A stretch of DNA of 62,748 nt, the filler included. It is 13 parts of 13 records of this genome, joined end to end, with 100 filler letters (N's around TTAATTAATTAA, not from the genome) between each part and the next. Parts side by side here need not be neighbours in the genome. Positions count along the whole stretch, not along the records: positions 1 to 4,873 come from SRR15195285_6143; positions 4,974 to 9,460 come from SRR15195285_6144; 11 more parts are not named here. The stretch is one strand, 5' to 3'. Position numbers and translations under genes: made by a program. The notes under the pieces are model-generated. The model had not been told where the DNA came from, did no database searches, and saw only the letters and a list, made by a program, of their open reading frames with translations. The first letter of the stretch is position 1. Each line of letters begins with the position of its first letter. Of this stretch, positions 1 through 9,560 are shown piece after piece.

Positions 1-556
1 GTTTGCGGAGTGAGCCAGGAAGTGGATCATTCCGTCGGTAATGTACTTTTTTCAATGAACCCAGACTTATTTTGCAGTACAAAATACTGTTGGGTTCATG
101 AATAAACAAACTAGATCTAATCTAGTGCGTACAATTGTATCAATAGTACTACTAGTACACTGTAGTAGGATTCCAATTGCGAATCGGGACTTGTCGATCA
201 TCTGAAGAACTCTGCACGGCGTGTGACCGTGTGTCGAGGGGCGGGCGCGGGTGGGCGACCAGTCCCACGCGCTTGCGATTTTGGTTGGCGGGATTTCAAG
301 CTAAGCGGTCACTGGCAACTCCGAGTGGTCACCGGCGCGCTCACTCGCTGCTGACCACGCACCGGCGGTCCGGCGCGCGCAGTCGGTGCCAGTGGTGCAA
401 GCGATACACACACAAACACACAGAGAAAGACAGACAGAGCTGCGACAGAGACGGCCACAGCAGTCCAAGCGAGCAACGAGCAACCGACGCCCCCCTCGAC
501 GTATCTACAGCGAGGACAACCACATCTGCTAGTACGGTACTACACAGCAACCGACC

Positions 557-1414
557 ATGCAGAAAAGCACGCAGGAGCGGCCGGCGGTCAGCGCTTCTGG
601 CGACTCGTTTCCGCAACAGCCGCCGCCGACTGAGCTCAGCTATCGCCAGCGGGTGATTCGCGGTCCCTACAGCGCTGAATGGGAGAGGACGAAGGCCGAC
701 CTCATCAGCTCTGGCGACTGGACGCCGCCCACCTTCAGCGAGATGAACAGCGACGTCGCCACCCTCGATGGCAAGCGAATCTTTATCGAAGGCATGGGGG
801 AGGCTGTGGTGGTGAGCCACACACGCCGGGTGATGACGCCGAACGGCAGCATCATCCGCTTTCCAAACGGCCAGTGTTTTGAACTCAAACTCGAGCGCAA
901 GAACAACCATGGCGTACGCTGGCTCGTCCGGACCGAGACCAGCGGCCAGGACGAAGCTTTGCGCTTGGTCGCCGAGGTGGAAGCGCTGCGAAACGAGTAC
1001 AGCCGACTGTGCTGCAGCTCTTACCGCCGACTCTACTTTGGCCCTCTCTCATATGGGCCGATCCCGACCGAGCCCACTCAGGCGCGCGACTTCTTACGGG
1101 AGAAGATCCATCTAATGCGTACCGTCAAGCAGCGTCAAGCACAAATCGTGCCTGTGGTGACCGGATACTCGTACGGGACTTCGCTGGCAGCGGGAGCGGC
1201 GGCTTCAGGCGCAGGCTTTGTGTCTGGCATACTGGTTCCAATGGCGCCATTGCTCGGAGGCACTGTGGCCCTGTACACTCAAGACAATGTGCGCGCGACG
1301 TACGCTATCGAGCAAGCTAAGCGCGGACAAGATCTGGAGACGAGTGTGGTGCACCTGGGCTGCCCCACCAGTGAACTAGATGCACCACTGGTCGCACATG
1401 CTGCTGCAGCATGA
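557..1414 (+). CDS. Hypothetical protein, 285 aa (small beta-rich domain, coiled segment, C-terminal hydrophobic Gly/Ala segment)
   Basis: ATG-started intronless ORF with globular composition (GKRIFIEGMGEAVVV...LKLERKNNHGVRWLV). No family recognised. Confidence 0.6.
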   Translation: MQKSTQERPAVSASGDSFPQQPPPTELSYRQRVIRGPYSAEWERTKADLISSGDWTPPTFSEMNSDVATLDGKRIFIEGMGEAVVVSHTRRVMTPNGSIIRFPNGQCFELKLERKNNHGVRWLVRTETSGQDEALRLVAEVEALRNEYSRLCCSSYRRLYFGPLSYGPIPTEPTQARDFLREKIHLMRTVKQRQAQIVPVVTGYSYGTSLAAGAAASGAGFVSGILVPMAPLLGGTVALYTQDNVRATYAIEQAKRGQDLETSVVHLGCPTSELDAPLVAHAAAA

Positions 1415-1751
1415 ACGCAACAACCAGTAAAGGCAAGATCCCACTATGTTGTCGAGGCATGGCAGAGGCAGCCACATGCTCAGATTGAGTCTCAGAAGAA
1501 ACTACAAGACAAGACCAGCGGCACTTTATTTTGCAGCCACCCCCCCGGGAGTGCACATTGATATCCAAGGCATGCCAAAAACTTGGTCACATGAATGAAA
1601 GCATGAAATTTAAGTCAAACTGATGTGTCCGTCGACCCCCGTGACTGAGTGTTTTAGTTCTCCCTCTAGCGCAGGGGAGGGGATCCTGTATTAAACCGCA
1701 GGCAGTGGCGTAGAGCGCATACCTTTTCAACGGTGAACGACTCGACGGCCG

Positions 1752-2154
1752 GTGCGCACGGGTCCATGGGCTCAGCAGTCGACCAGCTCAGCGAACTCGC
1801 AGATTTTCGGAGGGTTGATAATCGCAGTGCCCGAACCACGCGTTGTGGCTGCCAAGTATGCACAGGCCTTCGACGAACCACTGGCGATGAGCGGCACGGC
1901 GGTACAAATTGACACTAGGGCAGATATGGGTGGCGTCTCCAAATCTTGTTAAATTTGTCTCGCCGGAGACGATTGATGGACGCCTCGGCGTCGTTGGTGT
2001 GGACCTTTCTGCAGCACCAGCGGGCGCGGGCGCTGGCTCTCGCACAGCAGGACGCAGAGTGTCTGATCGTGCAGAAGTGTGTGGCGTAGTATGGCACCTG
2101 GTCGATCGCACGAGCTATGGTCGGAATGCTGTAGAGCCAAGCAGCAAGCTCTGA
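1752..2154 (+). pseudogene. Frameshifted C-terminal fragment resembling a bacterial-type glyoxalase/VOC-like protein, ending in SKL (PTS1)
   Basis: Two overlapping ORFs (1752-1952, 1909-2154) read together as GPW...GLIIAVPEPRVVAAKYAQAF...VKFVSP...GRLGVVGVDL...EVCGVVWHLV...SKL*. In-frame stop at 1734 and no N-terminal half. Confidence 0.35.
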
Positions 2155-2275
2155 CTGCGAGCGGCCAGCCAGGCAATTCTCAACACTTTAGCCACGCTGG
2201 TCAAGGGTGCTTCACGGTTGTACCACGTAATCATTCGTTTATTGCCTCAGGGCCTCAAAGCGTGGGTGCCTAACA

Positions 2276-4717
2276 CTAGCAGACGTTGGTGGTACCAGCA
2301 CCTGACGTGTCGATGGCCGAGGGAGACTTAGATTGCACAGAGTCAACGCCAGCCCTCATCGGGATGGGCGGAGGGGATGACTGCTGCTGTTGCTGCTGCT
2401 TGTCAACTTCCTTGCCAGAGTCCATGCTTTCAAATTGCTCGTCGTCATCACTGTACGCGTCTTCACCCGCCGCAGCTGGCTCCTGCTGCCGGTCTCCGTG
2501 CTGTACCGCACTGTCTTCTACCGTCTCGTCTTCTTCCTGCTCCTCGACCTCTGTAAGGTCGTGGCCGTCATTCGGTACCAGACTTCTACCACCCATTGCA
2601 TCTTGGACAGCAGCCTCGCACTCCTCTCGTGATAGATGGGGTTGCTCCTCCATAAGCTCGCGCACCAAGTCATCGAGCTCTTCCTGCTGCTGATCTGTGT
2701 GACTCCATCTTGGCGACTTCTGTACAGACGCGCTACCATCGCTATTGGCTTGGGACACCGATGGTGAACCTGGGCTGTTGGCGACGTTCCCTTCGGCCCA
2801 GGAGGAACCCGTTTCGGTGGCTTCGCTGAGTGCGTCATCAACGGCCCCGTCCACTAGACGACTTATTGGCGAGATGCCGGGGTCACCTGATCGATCCGTA
2901 TCGTCGTCAAAAATGCCGTCGCTCATAAGCGTTGCGTCAGGCCCAACTGACAGCAGTGCTCGCGGCGCAAGGCCACTGCCTGCATCACCCCAGAGCATCC
3001 CATCCGAAGATCCCTCAACCGCAACCTCAGGTGAATCTGATTCATGCCCGGGCGTGACCTGACTGCGGGCTTCACTTTCGCGTGCATGCCGTTCACGGAG
3101 TAGAGCCATTGCGTCGTCTTCCTCGTCTGGCTCATCCGCTGCTGCTGAGGCCAGGGCGGTAGCTATGCTGAGTGGCTCCTCCTGTGGGAGCGCCCATTCT
3201 CCAGTCAGTTCGACCTCCGGCTGCAGCTGTGCCTCCTCTGCAGAAGCATTTTGCGCGTGTGAATCCTCTGGTACTGGTGGCGCGTCTGGTTCGTCCCTTA
3301 ACTTGACTGGGGAGGCTACCTTGTGCGGGGTCTTCTCTTGCCGCCGGGCACGGCGCCCTCCAGGCTCGGCTGCGGCACGACCGCGTCGCGCAGGTGGAGC
3401 ATGCGCACTAATGGCAACGCTGGTTGCGTGGACAGCTTGCGTAGGCTCCGTGCTGTCGGTGGTGCCCGGTCGTGGCGAGCCTGGTGGCGTTTCCATGGAT
3501 ACATCTGCCGCAGACTGCTGGTGCAGCCCGTTGCCGAGCTCGTCGGAGGCCGGCAGCCCGTAGTCATCGTTTTGTGCGGGCGGCTGGGGCTCTGCGGCTG
3601 CCAGGTCACAGTCCGGAGATTCCACCGTGTGATTGGCGACAGGGCTCTGAGACGTAGGCAAAGAGGCAGCGGCAATGGTAGCACGGGCACGTGCGGCAGT
3701 ATCGGCGGTCATCGCAGCTGCCTCTTTCGCACTGGCCAGCACACGAGCAGCTCTCTCATCGAATTCAGCCTCAGTGCCAGGGCCCTTGCCGCGGCCGGCC
3801 TCACCCTGTCCGCCACCCTCGACTGGCGGCTGCTTCTTACGCTGCGCCGCCAGCCGTCGCGCCAGTTTGGTCTTCTCCTCGCGCTCCTTTGCAAGCAATG
3901 TTTCCAGCTCGGCCACCCTCGCTTCGAGCTCGGCGCACCGGTTGCGGGCTGTCTTCGCGGCGCGCTTGGCTGAAAGCATCTCCGCCTTCGCTGCTGCAGC
4001 TGCGCGGCCCGGAGCGTCAGCAAGTTGCTGGCGCAGCTCAGCGATCGTGCGCTCGGCCTCCATGTGCTCGTAGCTGCTACCGCCACCCACGCTGGTCGAT
4101 CCACGTGCTGAACCTGGCGCCGTCGAGTTGACATGGCGTGCCACGCTGGCGATATCCCGCGCGCGCTGTTGCTGCTGCCGCCGGCCTTGAGCGGAGAATG
4201 CCACGAACTCATCGTCGACGTCCTCGTCTTCACCCAGCTGTCGGCGCCGACGTTTCTCCTCTGCGAGAGCCATGCGTTCGCGCTTACTCGAATGCATCGC
4301 CATGGCGCGCTCCTGGCGGGACATGTGAGACCCCCGCTGCGAATGTGCGTCATTGCCGAAGGCGGTCGGGCTCGTGCTGGCGAAGTCACGCACAGGATGG
4401 TGCGACGGGTCATCGCCGTCGCCGTCGGGCGCGTCGTAGTGCCGGTTCGACTCGTCCTCCAGCGGCTGGCGCGGCGCTCCGATATCCGGGAGCTTCTCCG
4501 AGGACGGACGGCGCGGCTGCGGGGCGGTGGAGCTCCGCTTGCCCGTCCTGCCAAAGTCCTCGAACCCCTGGCCGCCGACGCGCCCACGGCGCCGCGCTTC
4601 GTTGATCCGCTTCGAGTGCATCCGCTTCTTCCTCTCCGCCATCTTCTTCAGCAGCACCGGGTTGGTCTCGTGCGTGTCCAGCCCCATCGACGCCGCCTGC
4701 GGGTTGTAGCCACCCAT
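2276..4717 (-). CDS. Hypothetical low-complexity protein with N-terminal basic and coiled-coil regions and an acidic disordered C-terminus
   Basis: Long ORF with first ATG at 4717 (MGGYNPQ...), heptad segment ELEARVAELETLLAKERE, and E/D/S/P-rich tail. Confidence 0.65.
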   Translation of the reverse strand: MGGYNPQAASMGLDTHETNPVLLKKMAERKKRMHSKRINEARRRGRVGGQGFEDFGRTGKRSSTAPQPRRPSSEKLPDIGAPRQPLEDESNRHYDAPDGDGDDPSHHPVRDFASTSPTAFGNDAHSQRGSHMSRQERAMAMHSSKRERMALAEEKRRRRQLGEDEDVDDEFVAFSAQGRRQQQQRARDIASVARHVNSTAPGSARGSTSVGGGSSYEHMEAERTIAELRQQLADAPGRAAAAAKAEMLSAKRAAKTARNRCAELEARVAELETLLAKEREEKTKLARRLAAQRKKQPPVEGGGQGEAGRGKGPGTEAEFDERAARVLASAKEAAAMTADTAARARATIAAASLPTSQSPVANHTVESPDCDLAAAEPQPPAQNDDYGLPASDELGNGLHQQSAADVSMETPPGSPRPGTTDSTEPTQAVHATSVAISAHAPPARRGRAAAEPGGRRARRQEKTPHKVASPVKLRDEPDAPPVPEDSHAQNASAEEAQLQPEVELTGEWALPQEEPLSIATALASAAADEPDEEDDAMALLRERHARESEARSQVTPGHESDSPEVAVEGSSDGMLWGDAGSGLAPRALLSVGPDATLMSDGIFDDDTDRSGDPGISPISRLVDGAVDDALSEATETGSSWAEGNVANSPGSPSVSQANSDGSASVQKSPRWSHTDQQQEELDDLVRELMEEQPHLSREECEAAVQDAMGGRSLVPNDGHDLTEVEEQEEDETVEDSAVQHGDRQQEPAAAGEDAYSDDDEQFESMDSGKEVDKQQQQQQSSPPPIPMRAGVDSVQSKSPSAIDTSGAGTTNVC

Positions 4718-4873
4718 GGCAGCGATGGCAAGCAGCGCGAACTGCACCGCCCTCTGCCCGCCCAAGCGGAAGCGCAGCCCCGACAAACGGCTCTGTTCAA
4801 CGTCTCAACGTCTATCACGATTCCATACCACCGTTCTCTGTGTGTGTATTGTCAAACTCGCAAAAGTGGACTC

Positions 4874-4973
4874 NNNNNNNNNNNNNNNNNNNNNNNNNNN
4901 NNNNNNNNNNNNNNNNNTTAATTAATTAANNNNNNNNNNNNNNNNNNNNNNNNNNNNNNNNNNNNNNNNNNNN
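4874..4973. other. Artificial contig-joining spacer (first of 12 identical spacers)
   Basis: 44 N + TTAATTAATTAA (stops in all six frames) + 44 N. Repeated at 9461, 13493, 17455, 23114, 27127, 30988, 36056, 40132, 45772, 49734 and 59190. Confidence 0.99.
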
Positions 4974-5000
4974 GCTGCTGCTGCTGCTGCTGCTGCTGCT
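4974..5000. repeat. (GCT)9 microsatellite at a contig end; other contig ends carry similar simple repeats
   Basis: Also (GCG)n at 17555-17580, G25 at 31088-31112, (GAGAAG)n from 36157, (GCCCT)n at 40102-40131 and (CTG)9 at 45745-45771. These are typical assembly break points. Confidence 0.9.
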
Positions 5001-5071
5001 TGGCAGGGCGGGGCGGAGATCAGGCGGGCGGGGAGACGGGAGTGGATACAGGTGTGTGGGTGGCGTTCATC

Positions 5072-6065
5072 ATGGCGTTGAACGTGAGCGCTGCACGGCT
5101 TCCCGCGGTGGATGCCCCGGGCCCGCAGATTGCTCCCTACTCGACGGTGCGGAGACACTCTTGATCAGCAGAAGATTGCGACTCAGTCTGCCCACGCTCT
5201 CTGGGTGGAAAGTGACACTAGACTGATCGAGGTGTGTGCTTTCTGTCGGAGCAGGTACTTGGAATGGACAAACACATCGCACGTATGACAGGCTCAGACT
5301 CCTCCCGCTTCCTACAGACAAGGCCCCGGGGCGAAACAGAGCTACAGGAGGTTCGACAGCGTGAGCTATCTTACCTGTGCACCCGTGGCCACGTTGGGCC
5401 GCGGCCTAACACCACGTGGGTCAGCCCGCGCAGCCAAGGCGTGTCCTCTCTACCGACGCTTCGAGGGGATCAGGCAGAGAGCGGGCGCGAGCGGGGTTTG
5501 GCGAGCCTTCGCTCGAGTCGCACGTACCAAGGGAACTGGTCGCAGACGCGCTCCCCTGGTAGCGTGCGCGCTGCCACAGCTCACGGCAGCCGAGCGGCAA
5601 CAGTGAGCAGCCCTCGCAACTCTCGCTCTTTTTTGAGCACGGTGGGAAGCGATGGCCAAGGCGCTGCCACTGCCACGTCCACTCACGACATGAGCGAGCT
5701 CGCCCAAGCACGCAGCTCAATGGGATCCTCAATGTACGCGGCCACGTTCCGCGGCATGCCGAACGAGAGATACGATCGTTCCATGCGCCCGTACGCGGCT
5801 AACGGTGCACGCTCTGAAATCATGGCAACATCCTCACACTCTCTCTGCTCTGGGTCCGGGAAGTTTGGTTATTTCTGATTTTAGAGTATGGCAAAAATGG
5901 ACCGTACCACGTGAATTCAACCAAGTTTCTGCATCGCGTAGAGGTGTGGTTTGTTGGGTTTGGCCAATTTTGGTTACGAGTTTGTGGTAGTGGGCTATAA
6001 ATATGCATGCATGTATGAATAATCAGTAGGCCGGCCGCGGCGGCGTGTGCATGTGTTATCAGTGA
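5072..6065 (+). CDS. Hypothetical spliced Ser/Arg-rich protein; last exon tentative
   Basis: ATG at 5072. Introns 5147-5254 (GTGCGG..CTGAT..CAG), 5805-5884 and probably 5944-6029 give a continuous frame MALNV...YST|VLGMDK...AAN|EYGKNGPYH...VE|AGRGG...*. Confidence 0.5.
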
Positions 6066-6281
6066 GGGTTGCGCCACGCGTCAAGGGTTGACCCCGGGCA
6101 AAGGCCCCCTTCGGCCACAAAAGCAGGTGGGAGCACAAGGGCTGGTGACTATATCTTCGGCCAACTCTGGGCTAGGACTACAACGAGATGGCCTGCCGCC
6201 AGTGTTCACATCAGAGCTACACGTAGCGCATGGAGACCAACCCAAACGAACCAATGTACAGTACAACGGCTTGTCCCGTCC

Positions 6282-9200
6282 TCACTCGATCCACCAGCCC
6301 CAGAATCCTCCGTACTCGCCTAGAGCCTTGTGGCAAGCTGCGGGATCAACTGGACCGCGATGGGGGTTGAACGCAGTGGTCTCATATGCTTCGAGCTTCT
6401 TGTACATTTCAGACAGCCGCGCTGGGAACTTAGCAGCGACGTCGGTCGTCTCAAGAGCTGCAACACAGGTGCCGCTCTAGTCAGGCACTAGATGCAACCA
6501 GAACGACTAGCAAACGCAGAGAAGCTTCACATACGATCGGCTTTGATGTTGTATAAGCACCCATTCCCACAGTGGCCGACGAAATCAGCTGAAATTTCGT
6601 CAGTCGTGCTATTGGGGTAATGTGGACCCATATAGACCGCCTGTGCCACAAAAACCGATAATCAAACTGACCCCCGGGGCAACCTCTCGACACAATGTCA
6701 CAATGTTCGAGGCACACCAGCATGTCCACTCACCTGCTGCACATCACCGGTCAGCAGCTTCCAGATCCCTTGCTCTCCCTCGTCGACAATCAGGCCACTA
6801 ACGGTTGTACATCGCCCAGATGCCTCGAGCGACGAGGCCAACGGAAGTGGCAGTGGTTCATCACCTTTAACGAGTGGGTCGTCCTTTACCGCGACTTCGT
6901 TGTATGATGAGCACAGTGGTGCCGTGCTAATATTCGATGCTCGTGGCTCGGTACCAATCGGAATCTCACGTCGCGGAGACGTGAGATTCTCCCCAAGGAT
7001 CATCAGGTGGTGTGAAATGGCGTCGATCGGGGGTAAGCCAGCGAGAGCCGCCCGGTGGTCGGTGGGATCTACTCCGGCGAGCCTGCAGAAACCAAACAGA
7101 AACAGTCCAGCCATTTCTCAATTACAGACAGACAGTGGCAGAGCTGCTTGGACACGCGTACATGCAGAACGTCGCATAGTTATCCCAGACAGTAACCAGA
7201 CCTACAGGGTCGCATGTTAATTTAGTGTGCCGTGTTGAAAATTTCCAGGGACATGATCATATGGTACATAGGTCCTTACGCAAGGAATTGCGCAAGAATC
7301 ATACCTTCATACTTTACGCCACGACGCGACGCAGGCAGCATGCCACCAGAAATGAAGCCATTGCCTGAACGCAAGCGAAATTGATTCTAAAACAACTCTA
7401 AGACACTGACGGGGAGCGGAGGATATCGAAGGCATTGCATCGGCGGCACATGCACGCAGATTTTAGGGAGTACGCGTGGCTCGTCAACTGTGCTCCGTAA
7501 GACCTCACCTCTGATTCCGCCTTCCCAACTACATTCATGCATGCACCCGTTCACGGATTCGTTAGAGAAGATTCGAGCTGACAACTGACTAGAGAAAGGA
7601 GCGCGTCGTACTTGTTCATCTTGCCACCTTTCAGTGGGTAGTTGTTGGCTACAGCACGACGTGCAGCAACGGTCCACTCAACCACTAAGAACCAGGAAAA
7701 GCTTACTATGTCTCTGAGATTTGAGCCTTCGTACCTCCAGCAGAGCCGTTGTTATATATTGGTCCTCCGTTGTCTGTACCTGCTCCGGACAACGTTAGTG
7801 TAAGAGACTGACAGATTGAGACAGATAGAGCTATCCACCAATGTTGTACGGAGTCGGTACTGAAGACGACGATCATCTCGTCCCACAGTCCCTTAGCTTT
7901 CATCGCCGTAGTGATGTTCCCAACGGCCTCATCGGCGAAATTTACCATTGCGTGGTAGATTTGCCGGTTGTGAGTCGGCTTGTCTGTCTCTTCCATGAAG
8001 GCGAACTTGTCCAGGAAGTGCTGTGGCACCTGGAGAGGCGTGTGAACCTACGACACCAAGGATGCCGCCCTTCGTACCAGATCACGTGCTACAGTAGAGG
8101 CAACTAATCGGCTAACAAACGCAGAGAATTTTCACTTACGATGTGTGGAGCCCAAAACAGAAACAGAGGCGAGGTCGGCGGGTGCTTCTCGACAACCTGC
8201 ATCACCTGCTCCTCGAACAGCGCATCCTCGTAGCCTCCCCACATGTGGTCGCCCATCGGCCCAGGCTGACACTTCTCTGGGTCCACCGCGCCATTTGGCT
8301 GCCCGCGGAAGCAGGTGTTGTTATAGCCGTGACCTGGACCTTCCGGACCACCCTCCGGCATGTGCCAGAGGTCCACGACAGGCCGTGCGTTGGGATGCTG
8401 GAGGCAACCTGTGTACTTGCAGGCAGACGTGCAGTTTCCTGCATTACCTGGAACGTGAATCTTCGACTTCAGGTGGCAAGCATGGATACCCTTGGCGTTC
8501 TCCGTTAGTCCCCAAGCCCAGCCCATGCACTCGGACTCCTTCGCACACTCCGCGCAACAGGCTGCGGCATCAACTGTGTAGGTAGCTTTGAGCTCTGAGG
8601 ACGAGGCGAGGCACACGGACTGGAACAGCTCGCCGTCGCAGCTCTCTTGTGGACCAGGTGGCGGAGGCGGACCAGCCGAGCACGAGCCAACAACCATCGA
8701 CCAGTAGTCGTTATCATGGTGAAAGTAGTTCATTGCGGTTCGGTAGCCTCTCCCATGGGGCGTGTGGTCGGGGGTGGCCATACCAGCATCCCATTTCCCG
8801 AAGCTGTGTGTGAGGTACCCCGCTGCAGAGAGCTTGGTTGCGATGCCTGTCATATTCCTGGGAATGGCGGCGAAACCCGAGACCGGGTCCGAGTGGTTCG
8901 CGATGTTCGGTTCTGCGTTCAGTGGGTTGACGTGGTAAGGGTTCCTGCCAGACTGCAGCGCAGACCTCGTTGGACTGCAGTACTTGTACACGTAGGCGCG
9001 ATCCAGTTCGATTCCTTCCTTGACCATCTGGTTCAGGTTCGGCGTGACGACCTCCGGGTCGGCAGGGATGTGCACACCTCCCGGTCCGATGGTGTCCCGA
9101 TGCCAACCTGCGTCGGCCCAGCCATAATCGTCAAAAAGTAGCATCCAGATGTGCGGCTTCTTCCCCGCCGCAGGAGCGAGCAGCCGCTCCTTGATGCCAC

Positions 9201-9318
9201 CGTTGTGCTCCGCCTCGCCGAAGAACTCGCCGGGCGAGATCCACCGTTCGTCCGCCCCAGGCTCGGCGCCGGCGCAGCAAAGCCCTGCCAGTGCGCTCAT
9301 GATCATCGCGGCGAACAT
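6282..9318 (-). CDS. Formylglycine-dependent sulfatase (family S1, arylsulfatase B/I/J-like), secreted, with an inserted PAN/Apple domain; 10 exons
   Basis: Signal peptide, PHIWMLLFDDYGW, CSPTRSALQSGR (CxPxR), GKWDAG, HIVHTPLQVP, FSTDNGGP, NNYPLKGGKMNNWEGGIRG, CLYNIKADPLE, C-terminal GGFWGWWIE*. Introns: 8139-8048, 7860-7780, 7734-7649, 7611-7529, 7508-7365, 7304-7202, 7161-7083, 6733-6641, 6534-6458. Includes a 20-nt micro-exon at 7509-7528. Confidence 0.92.
6458..8139 (-). repeat. Pair of homologous introns (intron 1 at 8139-8048 and intron 9 at 6534-6458) in the sulfatase gene
   Basis: GTAAGTGAAAATTCTCTGCGTTTGTTAGCCG vs GTATGTGAAGCTTCTCTGCGTTTGCTAGTCG (26/31 identical). Further matching blocks GTTGC.TCTA.TG and GCGGCA..CT..GTGT.G.AG. 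Both follow exonic ATC. Confidence 0.8.
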
Positions 9319-9560
9319 CGCCAGCACGATCCCTCGCGCCGCCGCGGCGATCCGTCCGATCCGCACAGACCCGCCAGGCCGTCCGTCCGCACAGCGCGAG
9401 ACCCGCCAGGCGCCCCATGTGCCCACCAGCTGCAGCAACAATCAGGTCTTCGAATGCATGNNNNNNNNNNNNNNNNNNNNNNNNNNNNNNNNNNNNNNNN
9501 NNNNTTAATTAATTAANNNNNNNNNNNNNNNNNNNNNNNNNNNNNNNNNNNNNNNNNNNN

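Noticed and set aside
6088-6480. Plus-strand ORF overlapping the sulfatase 3' end
   Set aside because: Non-ATG start, and largely antisense to the last sulfatase exon.
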